From the IMG/VR virus record IMGVR_UViG_3300045988_126619, positions 32,001-96,000 of that record: a DNA stretch of 64,000 nucleotides; one strand, written 5' to 3'. Both the position numbers and the translations under genes were made by a program. Every line of letters starts with the position of its first letter. Position 1 is the stretch's first letter. The notes under the pieces are model-generated. The model saw only the letters and a program-made list of their open reading frames with translations, was not told the DNA's origin and searched no databases. This DNA is from a virus. Shown one piece after another: positions 27,502 through 36,241 of the stretch.

Positions 27502-28605
27502 TTATTGTAGTATTAAAGACATAATATCTTTTGTTATATTATCATGTTTTATATCTATTACATCACCAGTTATCCTTAACATAGTTTCTATAAAATCGTC
27601 ATTATTTCTATAATCATATTTAACATTATCTCCTTTTCTATTTTCAATATTTTTATTAACATTTTCTATTTCCAAATCATTTATTCTAGTTTTATAATGT
27701 TCTATGTCACAATCATCAATCCCAATACTATAAAGGTATTGTTTTATTTGATTTATGTCGTAATTTATTTTTATTGCTCTAAATGAGAATTTAAAGTTTT
27801 CAAAATCTACTTGTTGTCTTATAAATTCATTTGTTAACTTAGAATATTCTCCCCATTTGCCTTTTTTTATTACTTCGTTTTCTCCATTTTCTCCACATTC
27901 TAACTTTATTAATGCTTTTCTTTGACATTTTCGTATTATATCTAATTCATAATCAGTACATAATCTTGGTCTAGTGCTTATTATATTATATTCATAATCT
28001 TCGTCTATATCTCCAAATTCATTAAATATTTTATTATTTGATACACCTTTTAATTTATTATAAACTATCATTTTTGAATCCTTGTCACAATCTATTATTC
28101 TTAATTTATCTAGTTTGTCCAAAGCTTTTAATAAATGAGATTTTATAGTTTTATTGGTAGAATTAAAATGGTCATGAATATATTTTATGTTGGTATTAGT
28201 GTAACAAGCGTATCTACCTCTATTTTTATTACAAGTATTATAATTTACATTTATTAGTCCTGTTTTTTGCATTAAATACATTATACTATATACTGCTATT
28301 CCATCTTTTACAAAATCTATATTTTTATTTCTATCATCAGCCATTATGTGTAATAGTATTATTATCTCTAAATCCTGTATATTTTCTAATCTATCAAACC
28401 TTTCTTTTCTTTTATCCTTTATTTCTTTTTGAACTTCAAATACTTCATCTATTATATATTTTCTTCCTTCTGTATGGTATTTACATAATGATTCTAATTG
28501 TTTAATTTGAGCAATTTTACTGTTTCCTGTTTTAATTTCCCAATTTAAAAAATTACAAACCTCCTTCCAATTCTTAAACACTTGTCCTTTTTTTAATTTC
28601 TTCAT
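27502..28605 (-). CDS. hypothetical protein; N-terminal domain shared with the GIY-YIG protein at 38140
   Basis: FKNWKEVCNFLNWEIKTGNSK..L..LC aligns with FKNWTKLCELFSWKITRGTYK..L..IC. Confidence 0.6.
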   Translation of the reverse strand: MKKLKKGQVFKNWKEVCNFLNWEIKTGNSKIAQIKQLESLCKYHTEGRKYIIDEVFEVQKEIKDKRKERFDRLENIQDLEIIILLHIMADDRNKNIDFVKDGIAVYSIMYLMQKTGLINVNYNTCNKNRGRYACYTNTNIKYIHDHFNSTNKTIKSHLLKALDKLDKLRIIDCDKDSKMIVYNKLKGVSNNKIFNEFGDIDEDYEYNIISTRPRLCTDYELDIIRKCQRKALIKLECGENGENEVIKKGKWGEYSKLTNEFIRQQVDFENFKFSFRAIKINYDINQIKQYLYSIGIDDCDIEHYKTRINDLEIENVNKNIENRKGDNVKYDYRNNDDFIETMLRITGDVIDIKHDNITKDIMSLILQ

Positions 28606-28624
28606 ATATTTTTCTCCTTATAAT

Positions 28625-28807
28625 TTATTTTATGTTTATATGCCAATTATGGCAGTTTTCTTTTCCCACACATCTAAAACAACAACTGCTTCCATCTTCA
28701 CAGCCATAAATTCTTCTTTCCTGTGGTATTTCATCAACTTCTTTTAACCATTCTTCTAATGGTGTCATAAAATCTTCATCATATTTTTTATTTGACATAG
28801 TTATCAC
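28625..28807 (-). CDS. small Cys-rich protein
   Basis: CEDGSSCCFRCVGKENCHNWH. The motif overlaps its stop codon. Confidence 0.5.
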   Translation of the reverse strand: MITMSNKKYDEDFMTPLEEWLKEVDEIPQERRIYGCEDGSSCCFRCVGKENCHNWHINIK

Positions 28808-28833
28808 TCCTTTATCATTTATTTTATGTTTAT

Positions 28834-28861
28834 ATTATAGCACAAATAACTAGTGCTGTAA
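28834..28861 (-). promoter_or_regulatory. sigmaA-type promoter upstream of a motif copy
   Basis: TTACAG-16-TATAAT, then 6 nt, then CATAAAATAAATGATAAAGGAG. Confidence 0.45.
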
Positions 28862-28871
28862 AGAGGTCTGA

Positions 28872-29621
28872 CTATAATAAATCAGATTCTAATTGTGATA
28901 AATTATAGCCACCAAATGTATTAGAAGTAATGTATTCGTTACTAGTTTCTACCAATTTCTCTGTAATAATTTTGTTCACGTATTGAACAGCACCTAAAAT
29001 ATTGATGTTTTGATGTGAATAATTGATTTTTGACATAACCATAGATTGAATAGCAAACTCATGAACACCTCTAAGGGCAAATAATTCACGTGCAATTTGT
29101 TTTAATTCAGATTTAGACATAGTAGTATTACCTTTGATAGTTTTAAATGACTTTGCATAAGATTTAATTATGTCAACCACATTAGTATCAGTATTAGTAT
29201 TTAAATTAGTATTTCTAATTTCTTCTTTGTCAGAAACCGAATTAGCTTCAACATCACTATTTTCAACAGTTTGTGGATAATTATTTTCATCCACTTTTTC
29301 ATTCATTTTTTCATCCACAGTTGGGTTAAAAAAATATTTATTAAGTCTACCAACTTTTTTAATTATTAGTATTCCTAAATCTACTAATTCATTACAAAGA
29401 TTTATAAAATGAGTTCTGCCCATTTGTATGCCCCTGCCTTTCCAAGCAGAATATCTAGCATATAGTCTGTCTAGGCTCATTCTAATAGAATTATCATCGT
29501 TAAGATTTTGTAGAGCATAAGCTAACACAGAAAGGCATTTAGCACGTTTATTGTCATTGAATACGTTATAGTTAATAATATCTAATTGTTTTTTTGGTAT
29601 TTGTATTTTGTAATTGTTCAT
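28872..29621 (-). CDS. replisome organiser / DnaD-domain replication protein
   Basis: N-terminal winged-helix-like region and C-terminal DnaD-like region (LKQIARELFALRG...AVQYVNKII). Long leader, with DnaA boxes upstream. Confidence 0.5.
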   Translation of the reverse strand: MNNYKIQIPKKQLDIINYNVFNDNKRAKCLSVLAYALQNLNDDNSIRMSLDRLYARYSAWKGRGIQMGRTHFINLCNELVDLGILIIKKVGRLNKYFFNPTVDEKMNEKVDENNYPQTVENSDVEANSVSDKEEIRNTNLNTNTDTNVVDIIKSYAKSFKTIKGNTTMSKSELKQIARELFALRGVHEFAIQSMVMSKINYSHQNINILGAVQYVNKIITEKLVETSNEYITSNTFGGYNLSQLESDLL

Positions 29622-29689
29622 AATAAAAATCTCCCCTATTCTTTAAAAATATAGCGGAGAAAAATCTTCTATATATATGTTTTTTTTGC

Positions 29690-29717
29690 TTGACTTATAG
29701 TGTATATGTGATATAAT
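29690..29717 (+). promoter_or_regulatory. plus-strand promoter inside the replication-gene leader
   Basis: TTGACT-16-TATAAT with TGn extended -10. Confidence 0.5.
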
Positions 29718-29723
29718 AAGTAC

Positions 29724-29828
29724 ATAAACAAGAAAAAATATATTAAAAATCTCTTCTGTTTTAGAAGAATTTTTCTCTGTGACCTATACGTTTATTTGAT
29801 TGGTAGTCTGCAAAACGTATAGGTTTTT
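29724..29828 (+). ncRNA. candidate about 105-nt countertranscript (antisense to the replication-gene leader)
   Basis: Runs from the promoter above to terminator CCTATACGTTT-19-AAACGTATAGG plus TTTTT (29783-29828). No ORF. Confidence 0.4.
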
Positions 29829-29854
29829 GCTATATTCAATTAATTTATATATTT

Positions 29855-29883
29855 ATTATACAAAAATGTGGATAACTTTGCAA
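29855..29883 (-). promoter_or_regulatory. promoter of the replisome-organiser gene
   Basis: TTGCAA-17-TATAAT on the minus strand. The spacer contains a DnaA box. Confidence 0.5.
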
Positions 29884-29910
29884 GAAAAATTTTAGTTATC
29901 CACATTTTTT
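29867..29910. terminator. bidirectional hairpin terminator made of two inverted perfect DnaA boxes
   Basis: TGTGGATAACT-16-AGTTATCCACA with T-runs on both strands. TTATCCACA sits at 29896-29904 and its complement at 29867-29875. Confidence 0.6.
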
Positions 29911-29911
29911 A

Positions 29912-30595
29912 TTATTTTCTATGAAATAGCCTGTTGAAAAAGCTATTTTTTTGTTTAGTTTCTTCAAATTCTTTTTTATGTTCAGCTAACATACTTCTCA
30001 TATCTGAAACGATTTTGGCTGAATCTCTTTCCTGTTTATCTATTTTATCTTGCGTTACTGCAATATTCTCTGATATATCTTGCAATTGTGAATATAATTC
30101 AGTTTTGAAATTATTAATAGATTCTTCTACATTCTCTTGAACCACTATAGATGTCTTTTCATCTATCTGTCTTAACAATTCTCCTGCAAACTCTTGCTGT
30201 TGAGCAATCATTAAATGAATTAGGTTCTGCATCATTTTTTGATTAGATTGAGTAAGAATTGTTGTTATATACTCCATGTCAAAAGTATCTTTTCCAATCA
30301 ATTCTTTGTCATTATTTGCAAATCCATTTCTTTTTATAAGTTCTTTTATTTGAGAGATAGAGAAATTCCGTTCTCTTCTCAATTTTTTTATTACTTCAAA
30401 TTGTTCTACACTTGTTTCTGTATATTGCCACCTGCCATTTACCTTTTTGATGTACAGAAATTCTTGAAAATCTTCTGCCCATGTTCTAATTGTATGAGGT
30501 GGTTCACCTATTCTTTTGCCAATTTGGACTGCATTAACTATACATTCTTCATCTTTTGGAACAGCTTTAAATTCCACATCATTATAATTATCCAT
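29912..30595 (-). CDS. MerR-family HTH + coiled-coil protein (TubY-like modulator candidate)
   Basis: MerR-type HTH VQIGKRIGEPPHTIRTWAE, then a long coiled coil and a basic amphipathic tail. Divergent from tubR. Confidence 0.55.
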   Translation of the reverse strand: MDNYNDVEFKAVPKDEECIVNAVQIGKRIGEPPHTIRTWAEDFQEFLYIKKVNGRWQYTETSVEQFEVIKKLRRERNFSISQIKELIKRNGFANNDKELIGKDTFDMEYITTILTQSNQKMMQNLIHLMIAQQQEFAGELLRQIDEKTSIVVQENVEESINNFKTELYSQLQDISENIAVTQDKIDKQERDSAKIVSDMRSMLAEHKKEFEETKQKNSFFNRLFHRK

Positions 30596-30706
30596 AATAA
30601 CACCTTCCTTTTACCTTAGTTTAGTATATAATATTAAATATGTAAAGTTAATTTAGTTTAATTTATTGCATACTTTACTTTACTTTACTCATAAATATAT
30701 CACATA

Positions 30707-30783
30707 TTTATCATAGCTTTATCATATCTTTATCGTAATTTTATCAAGCTTTTATCATAACTTTATCACATTTATGTCAAATA
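30707..30783 (+). repeat. partition centromere (tubC/tubS-like)
   Basis: Six in-phase 11-bp repeats TTTATCA starting at 30707, 30718, 30729, 30740, 30751 and 30762, plus a degenerate seventh. (TACTT)x4 lies at 30671-30690. Confidence 0.65.
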
Positions 30784-30808
30784 TTGAACATTTTATTATA
30801 AATAACTG

Positions 30809-30837
30809 TTTACTTTTGAGTAAATAAGTATTATAAT
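30809..30837 (+). promoter_or_regulatory. tubRZ promoter
   Basis: TTTACT-17-TATAAT. Confidence 0.55.
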
Positions 30838-30870
30838 TTGATATAGAGATGAAAGAAAGGAGATAAATAA

Positions 30871-31164
30871 ATGATTGATACCGATAAAGATGTGATAAAA
30901 ACATTGAATAGTAATGATTATTTTATATTAAGCAAGATATACTATCCAGAAAAAAAGTTAGGTAACTGCGAAGGAAGGGGCATAACCAAAGATTTAATAG
31001 CTGAAAGAAGCAAATTAAGCATTAGCACAATTAACAGGTCTATACCTAAATTATTAAAAGCAGGACTTATAAAAGAAGCTGTAAAGCAAATAAATAAGAA
31101 GGCTTATTATATTAGTGCAAAAGGTCAACAAAGATTAAAAGAATTAAGAGAAAGAGAGTGGTAA
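30871..31164 (+). CDS. tubR: TubR-like winged-helix centromere-binding protein
   Basis: 97 aa with HTH AERSKLSISTINRSIPKLLKAGLI. Sits immediately upstream of tubZ and downstream of the repeats. Confidence 0.7.
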   Translation: MIDTDKDVIKTLNSNDYFILSKIYYPEKKLGNCEGRGITKDLIAERSKLSISTINRSIPKLLKAGLIKEAVKQINKKAYYISAKGQQRLKELREREW

Positions 31165-31167
31165 TAA

Positions 31168-32256
31168 ATGGATAAGTCAAGCATATTAGTGACAGGATTA
31201 GGACAATGTGGCGGAAGATTAGCAGACACAATGAAGGAGTTTAATGGGAGATATACTACTAATTATATAAATAGTTCATTAGGTGATATAAAAGGTCTTA
31301 AACACGCTGATTTGGACAATAATGTACTAATATATAGTGGAACAGATGGAAGTGGTAGAATAAGAGAAAATGGAAAGAAATTTTTTGAAACAGATGCAAT
31401 AAGAGTAGCTGATTTTATAGGAAAATTCAGACAGTTCAAACATACTGTAGTATGTACTAGTTTAGATGGAGGTACTGGTTCGGGTACTTTAATACATTAT
31501 GTAAAATTATTAAAAAGATTAATGCCTACAATGACAATAACAGTAGTTGGTGTTTTACCAAAATTAGCATCAGAACCATTAAATTTAGATAACGCTAAGA
31601 AATGCCTTAAAGAATATGAAAAGTATATAAAAGATTTAGTAAACGGACTAATATTAATAAATAATGAAAAATGTGATATGAACTATGAACAAATTAATTT
31701 AGAAGCTGTTTCTATGATAGATGCGTTTTTTGGAATGGTAGGGCATCATGAAGATGGCAGTATAGATAATGGAAATCTAAATAATGTAATAACAGCAGGA
31801 GGATATATCAGTTTATTTAAACTACCAAATGTTGAGGATGTATCAGTAAGAGATGCCATGAAACAAGCTAAAGAGAAAAGTATATTTGCATTACCAGAAA
31901 ATTTTAGATGTTTATTTGGTGCTGTAAATGTAGTAGAAGGAATGTATAATAAAGATTCAATATGTGAAAAAATAAAAGCTAAAAAGACTACTTATTCAAC
32001 ATATAATAAGAAGGGATTAAATCTAGTAGCATTAAGTGGCTGTAGTATGCCTAATGATGATATAGATGATTTAATAGACGAATTAAAGACAAGACAAGAA
32101 GATGATGATGATTACGAAATAGAAGGTTTCAATATTTCAGATGATGAAGAAGATACAGTTGATACAAAACCTAAAAAACAAGAAAAAACAAATGTATTCA
32201 TGGAAGAAGAAGATATTGATGCCATTTTAAGTGATGCAGATTTCTTTAAATTTTAG
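31168..32256 (+). CDS. tubZ: TubZ tubulin/FtsZ-like GTPase
   Basis: GLGQCGGRLAD and tubulin signature DGGTGSG. Acidic C-terminal tail. Confidence 0.9.
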   Translation: MDKSSILVTGLGQCGGRLADTMKEFNGRYTTNYINSSLGDIKGLKHADLDNNVLIYSGTDGSGRIRENGKKFFETDAIRVADFIGKFRQFKHTVVCTSLDGGTGSGTLIHYVKLLKRLMPTMTITVVGVLPKLASEPLNLDNAKKCLKEYEKYIKDLVNGLILINNEKCDMNYEQINLEAVSMIDAFFGMVGHHEDGSIDNGNLNNVITAGGYISLFKLPNVEDVSVRDAMKQAKEKSIFALPENFRCLFGAVNVVEGMYNKDSICEKIKAKKTTYSTYNKKGLNLVALSGCSMPNDDIDDLIDELKTRQEDDDDYEIEGFNISDDEEDTVDTKPKKQEKTNVFMEEEDIDAILSDADFFKF

Positions 32257-32305
32257 ATGATAAATTGTCAGCAAAAAATATTTTTAAATTTTTTAATATT
32301 TTTTG

Positions 32306-32337
32306 TTGACAAGATATTTAAACTATGTTATTATAAT
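32306..32337 (+). promoter_or_regulatory. sigmaA-type promoter, then leader hairpin and motif
   Basis: TTGACA-17-TATTAT(AAT). Hairpin at 32339-32357 and motif at 32371-32385 abut the RBS. Confidence 0.5.
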
Positions 32338-32403
32338 ATTGTCGATAGGACATCGGCAAACAATAAAGAAATAAAATAAATGATAAGAATGGAGAGATGT
32401 AAA

Positions 32404-33072
32404 ATGAAAAGTATTAAAAGAATGAAGATGTTAGATGATATAAGGGGAGCAATTTCAAATTATTTTGAGTTTAGAATTGATAATTTATCAGAAAGTGAAA
32501 ACAAATTAAAATCAACTTATGTTAAAAGCTTAGATAAATTAGAAAACTCTAATGGAAACTTTTTTGAAACAATATCTGAATTAACATCAATATTATGTGA
32601 GGTATGTTTAGAATTTAAACCAAAAAATTTAGAAGATGTAGATAAGTTGTTACCATACCAAAAAAGTATTTTAAGAGTAACAGGAGCATTAGTGGAAGCT
32701 AGTTTCAGCTTAGATAAAGATATTAAAGGTTATAGTAAAAGTAGAAAAAATAAAAATGATAGAGAAGATAGAATGTTAAATGAATTAGAAAGTGTTATTG
32801 AAAATTATATAATGAGTGTTCTTGCCACAGAAAGTGTTAAAAAATTAAGTGACATCTATAAATCAAAGATAAATAAAATCAGAGGAAACGATGACTTGGC
32901 TGTTGTGTTAGCTGTTTTTGCTGAAATAGCTAAGTTAATGCAATCAATAGTTGATGAATTTGTTGTAGGAAAAACAACACGTAATGAATTAACTAAAGAA
33001 GAACAACAGTTTTTATCAATGAAAAATGCTATAGTAAGAACATTAAATGATATGAATAAAATGTTTAAATAA
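32404..33072 (+). CDS. helical hypothetical protein, paralog of 33557..34237
   Basis: Start moved to ATG 32404 (GGAGAG RBS). LCEVCLEFKP..EDVDKLLPYQKSIL aligns with LCTVCLKFDH..EDIDKLNEYQKNII. Confidence 0.6.
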   Translation: MKSIKRMKMLDDIRGAISNYFEFRIDNLSESENKLKSTYVKSLDKLENSNGNFFETISELTSILCEVCLEFKPKNLEDVDKLLPYQKSILRVTGALVEASFSLDKDIKGYSKSRKNKNDREDRMLNELESVIENYIMSVLATESVKKLSDIYKSKINKIRGNDDLAVVLAVFAEIAKLMQSIVDEFVVGKTTRNELTKEEQQFLSMKNAIVRTLNDMNKMFK

Positions 33073-33109
33073 TATAAAATAAACAATAAATAGAAATGGA
33101 GGGTTCAAT

Positions 33110-33490
33110 ATGGATTTTAAAAAATGTGAAGAACAAGTAATAACTTTAATAAAAGAATTGAGAAGAGAAATAGTGGATGATTGTGAAAATGTTTGGGATT
33201 TATGTGATGAATGTAGATGGAATAAAGAAACACAAAATGGTATTAGCATTTGTGATAATAATACAGAACTATATCCGATTGAAGCTGTATGCAAAGATGA
33301 TTGTGACACAATAGAACAGATTATGTGTGCATTATACAAAGAAATGAGTAAAGATTGTGATGTAAATAAAGATGATTGTAGTAAGTGTCAATGGAATAGA
33401 GTTTCAAAAAACGGACAAACATTATGTGACTTACACAGCAAGATTATGGCATATATTATTATAGAAAAAAATGAAAGAACGCAGAAATGA
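33110..33490 (+). CDS. Cys-rich protein with two DDC-x-C..W-x7-G-x3-CD repeats
   Basis: CDECRWNKETQNGISICDNN and CSKCQWNRVSKNGQTLCDLH. Confidence 0.6.
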   Translation: MDFKKCEEQVITLIKELRREIVDDCENVWDLCDECRWNKETQNGISICDNNTELYPIEAVCKDDCDTIEQIMCALYKEMSKDCDVNKDDCSKCQWNRVSKNGQTLCDLHSKIMAYIIIEKNERTQK

Positions 33491-33556
33491 TGAATAAATT
33501 CAAAAGTAATTGTAATTAATGTAAATAGGATGAATTTAAATAAATAATAAATAGAA

Positions 33557-34237
33557 ATGGAGAGATTTAATATGATGATGGAAATGATGCAAAAAATATT
33601 TTTAGAAGAAACTGGAAATGTTATAGGAGGATATTTAAACAATGCTGACAAACCTTTAAGTGGTTCAGATAAGAAATTACAAGATAGTTATGAAGAATTT
33701 GTGCATGAAGCAACAAATCCAACTGGAAATACTATGACAAAATTAAAAAACTTAGCATTAGCTTTATGCACAGTATGTTTAAAATTTGACCATGAAACAG
33801 AGGAAGATATTGATAAATTAAATGAATATCAAAAGAATATAATTTTATTTACAGGAAAAGTTGTAGAAACACTTACTATTGTAGAAGAAATAACAGGTAA
33901 TGATATGGATGGCGAATTGCCTAATGAAGAATCACAAAAATCAGAAGATATAATTGATATGATAGGGAATATTATAAAAAAATATTTAGATTCTAAAGAT
34001 AATTTTAACAAAGATGAAATGATATTAGCTAATTCATATGAAAAAATTATTGATACTCTAAAGAAAAAAGATATTTCTGATGAAAACTTTAGAAAAACTT
34101 TAGCATTACTTGAAAATTTAATGTTGAAGGTAATCAATAATATTTTTGATATACCATCTGACCTAACAGAAGAAGAACAAGATATGATACGTATGAGAAA
34201 TGCTATTGTAGAATCATTACTATTGTATAATAAATAG
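33557..34237 (+). CDS. helical hypothetical protein, paralog of 32404..33072
   Basis: See paralog alignment at 32404; GGAGAG RBS. Confidence 0.6.
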   Translation: MERFNMMMEMMQKIFLEETGNVIGGYLNNADKPLSGSDKKLQDSYEEFVHEATNPTGNTMTKLKNLALALCTVCLKFDHETEEDIDKLNEYQKNIILFTGKVVETLTIVEEITGNDMDGELPNEESQKSEDIIDMIGNIIKKYLDSKDNFNKDEMILANSYEKIIDTLKKKDISDENFRKTLALLENLMLKVINNIFDIPSDLTEEEQDMIRMRNAIVESLLLYNK

Positions 34238-34253
34238 AATAAGAATTAAAAGA

Positions 34254-34280
34254 AATGGGGTTCGTCACTCCATTTTTTTT
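34254..34280 (+). terminator. rho-independent terminator
   Basis: AATGGGG-7-CTCCATT followed by TTTTTT. Confidence 0.6.
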
Positions 34281-34371
34281 GCATAAAATAAACAATAATA
34301 TATAAATTAGAATTATGAGAAAAATATAGAATTATTTTAAATAATTTAAAGAAATTTTTAATTATTTATAG

Positions 34372-34400
34372 TTTACAATACATAAAATAAATGATATAAT
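34372..34400 (+). promoter_or_regulatory. sigmaA-type promoter with motif in spacer
   Basis: TTTACA-17-TATAAT, followed by a 10-bp leader hairpin at 34401-34430. Confidence 0.6.
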
Positions 34401-34456
34401 TAACTCATAGGTTGGATAATCTATGAGTTAAATTTTTATAAAGAGAGGTATAAATT

Positions 34457-35245
34457 ATGAACAGAAAGAAAATACACAACATTTTAACAAAACTCTATAA
34501 AACTCAATGGAAAACAGTATTTAATGAACTGGATAAACAATATACAGATAAGGTTATTGAAATTGCTAGTGATTATGAAATACGTAGACAAAAAGCATTT
34601 ACTCCAATATTGATAAATGGTTACAATTTAAATGATAAGTTAAATAAATATAAAAATACGATTGATGCAGAAACATTTTATGAATATGTTGATGAAAATA
34701 ATAGTTATATTAGAGAATATAACGTGCTTACAAAAAAAATGCACTCCGAATTATTAAATCAATGTGAAAAGATTAAAGATTTTTACGAAGAAATTCAAGA
34801 CATAGTTATTCCTTTTGCAAAGAAATTATCAGATGTAGATGAAATATTTGCTAGATTAGGTCATTTAAAAGGTAAATGGTTTAATATGTTAATAACATTT
34901 GATTGCAATAAAATAGGAGAAAGTCCAACAATATTTAATGAAAATGTTAATATACTTAATAAAAAAAGAAGTAAAATAATTGAAGATTTAGAAATTAAAA
35001 TGCAAAAAATGGAAAACCAAACCGAAGATAAACCCAATAAAGGACAAGAATATAAGAAAATATTTGACCATAAAGAAATGAATAGACTGGCAGAAATAAG
35101 TGGATATATATTTAATAGAACCACAGGAAGTCATAAAGTATATATTCATTCAAAAACGAATAAATTAGTAGTTATTCCCCAACACAAACTTGAATACGGT
35201 CTTATGTGTGGAATTCAAAAACAAATAAAGCAAAATTCTTTATAA
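34457..35245 (+). CDS. protein with C-terminal HicA-like (YcfA) domain
   Basis: C-terminal GYIFNRTTGSHKVYIHSKTNKLVVIPQHKLEYGLMCGIQKQI matches the HicA GSH..PxH..G...I.KQ pattern. The 190-aa N-terminal part is unknown. Confidence 0.55.
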   Translation: MNRKKIHNILTKLYKTQWKTVFNELDKQYTDKVIEIASDYEIRRQKAFTPILINGYNLNDKLNKYKNTIDAETFYEYVDENNSYIREYNVLTKKMHSELLNQCEKIKDFYEEIQDIVIPFAKKLSDVDEIFARLGHLKGKWFNMLITFDCNKIGESPTIFNENVNILNKKRSKIIEDLEIKMQKMENQTEDKPNKGQEYKKIFDHKEMNRLAEISGYIFNRTTGSHKVYIHSKTNKLVVIPQHKLEYGLMCGIQKQIKQNSL

Positions 35246-35251
35246 ATTATG

Positions 35252-35280
35252 TTGACATTACATAAAATAAATGATATAAT
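35252..35280 (+). promoter_or_regulatory. sigmaA-type promoter with motif in spacer
   Basis: TTGACA-17-TATAAT, spacer TTACATAAAATAAATGA. Confidence 0.65.
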
Positions 35281-35298
35281 TAAAAATGTAGATAGGAG

Positions 35299-35505
35299 AT
35301 GATGATTGTGAAAAATAAAAACAAATATGTGAGCATTAAAGAACTGTTAGATGAAGTAGAGGATGCTATGATACAAGAATGTGAATGTGTAGACGATTGT
35401 CACGATTGTAAGTATGGAAAAATTATTACAGGTAATAAATCTATATGTGATTTACATACAGATTTATATGCAGAATTGGTTACGGGGGCGATATGGAATG
35501 ATTAG
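35299..35505 (+). CDS. small Cys-rich protein (single copy of the 33110 repeat)
   Basis: VDDCHDCKYGKIITGNKSICDLHTDLY. The true start may be GTG 35308. Confidence 0.55.
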   Translation: MMIVKNKNKYVSIKELLDEVEDAMIQECECVDDCHDCKYGKIITGNKSICDLHTDLYAELVTGAIWND

Positions 35506-35884
35506 TAAAAATCAATATGATGATGGGATAAGATGTAAAGGAATGTGTGATTTTGGCGACAGCAATATGGAACAAGTATTTATTGGCGGAGGATGTGCTG
35601 AAAGAGGATTTTGTTATCAATACAAAATGCAAAACAAATCAGAAAATAACATATTGTGGAAAAAAATTACATTCAAGGAACGAGAATATATGTGCAAAGT
35701 AGATTTATACAATCTAAAATTATTTGTATATAACATGAATGGTAATGAACTATATTCAAATCCATTATATACAAATAATTTGGTAAAAGAATGTAAAGAT
35801 GCAGTATTACAAGCAAATGCTATAGTTGTAGAATCTCAAGTATATGAAGATTTTATGAGATGGGATGGAAATATGGATAAATAA
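35498..35884 (+). CDS. hypothetical Cys-containing protein
   Basis: Track ORF trimmed to ATG 35498, which overlaps the upstream stop. Confidence 0.5.
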   Translation: MISKNQYDDGIRCKGMCDFGDSNMEQVFIGGGCAERGFCYQYKMQNKSENNILWKKITFKEREYMCKVDLYNLKLFVYNMNGNELYSNPLYTNNLVKECKDAVLQANAIVVESQVYEDFMRWDGNMDK

Positions 35885-35904
35885 TAAAGGGAGGGAGTAA
35901 TAAT

Positions 35905-36228
35905 ATGTGGACAGAATTTAAACAGGATAGTTGTTTATATAGAGTTCGTATAGAACATCATAAACCTACATGGATGCAAATATTATTCGATAGAGAAGTA
36001 TATAAAGAATATTGTATACACATACAAAAGGTAGATTCAAAAAGCACTTCTGTTATAAAATATAGATTTAGCGAGTATGAATTGTGTTTTTATTGTAACG
36101 ATATGGTCAACCAAACATTAAAAGACCTAATGAAAAATAGTGACGAAAAATATGAGAAATATTTAATAGCGACAGCTAAAGAATTGATACAAAATCAAAT
36201 ACAATCAAAGAGAATTACAGAGGTTTAG
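35905..36228 (+). CDS. hypothetical protein, paralog of 36242..36607
   Basis: MWTEFKQDSCLYRVRIEHHK aligns with MWVEFDYYGNHYRIRVEHKK. Both end in EV. Confidence 0.6.
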   Translation: MWTEFKQDSCLYRVRIEHHKPTWMQILFDREVYKEYCIHIQKVDSKSTSVIKYRFSEYELCFYCNDMVNQTLKDLMKNSDEKYEKYLIATAKELIQNQIQSKRITEV

Positions 36229-36241
36229 GAGGATTAATAAT

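Noticed and set aside
35414-35497. Upstream part of track ORF 35414..35884
   Set aside because: It overlaps the preceding gene out of frame with no RBS. The ATG at 35498, coupled to the upstream stop, is the more plausible start.
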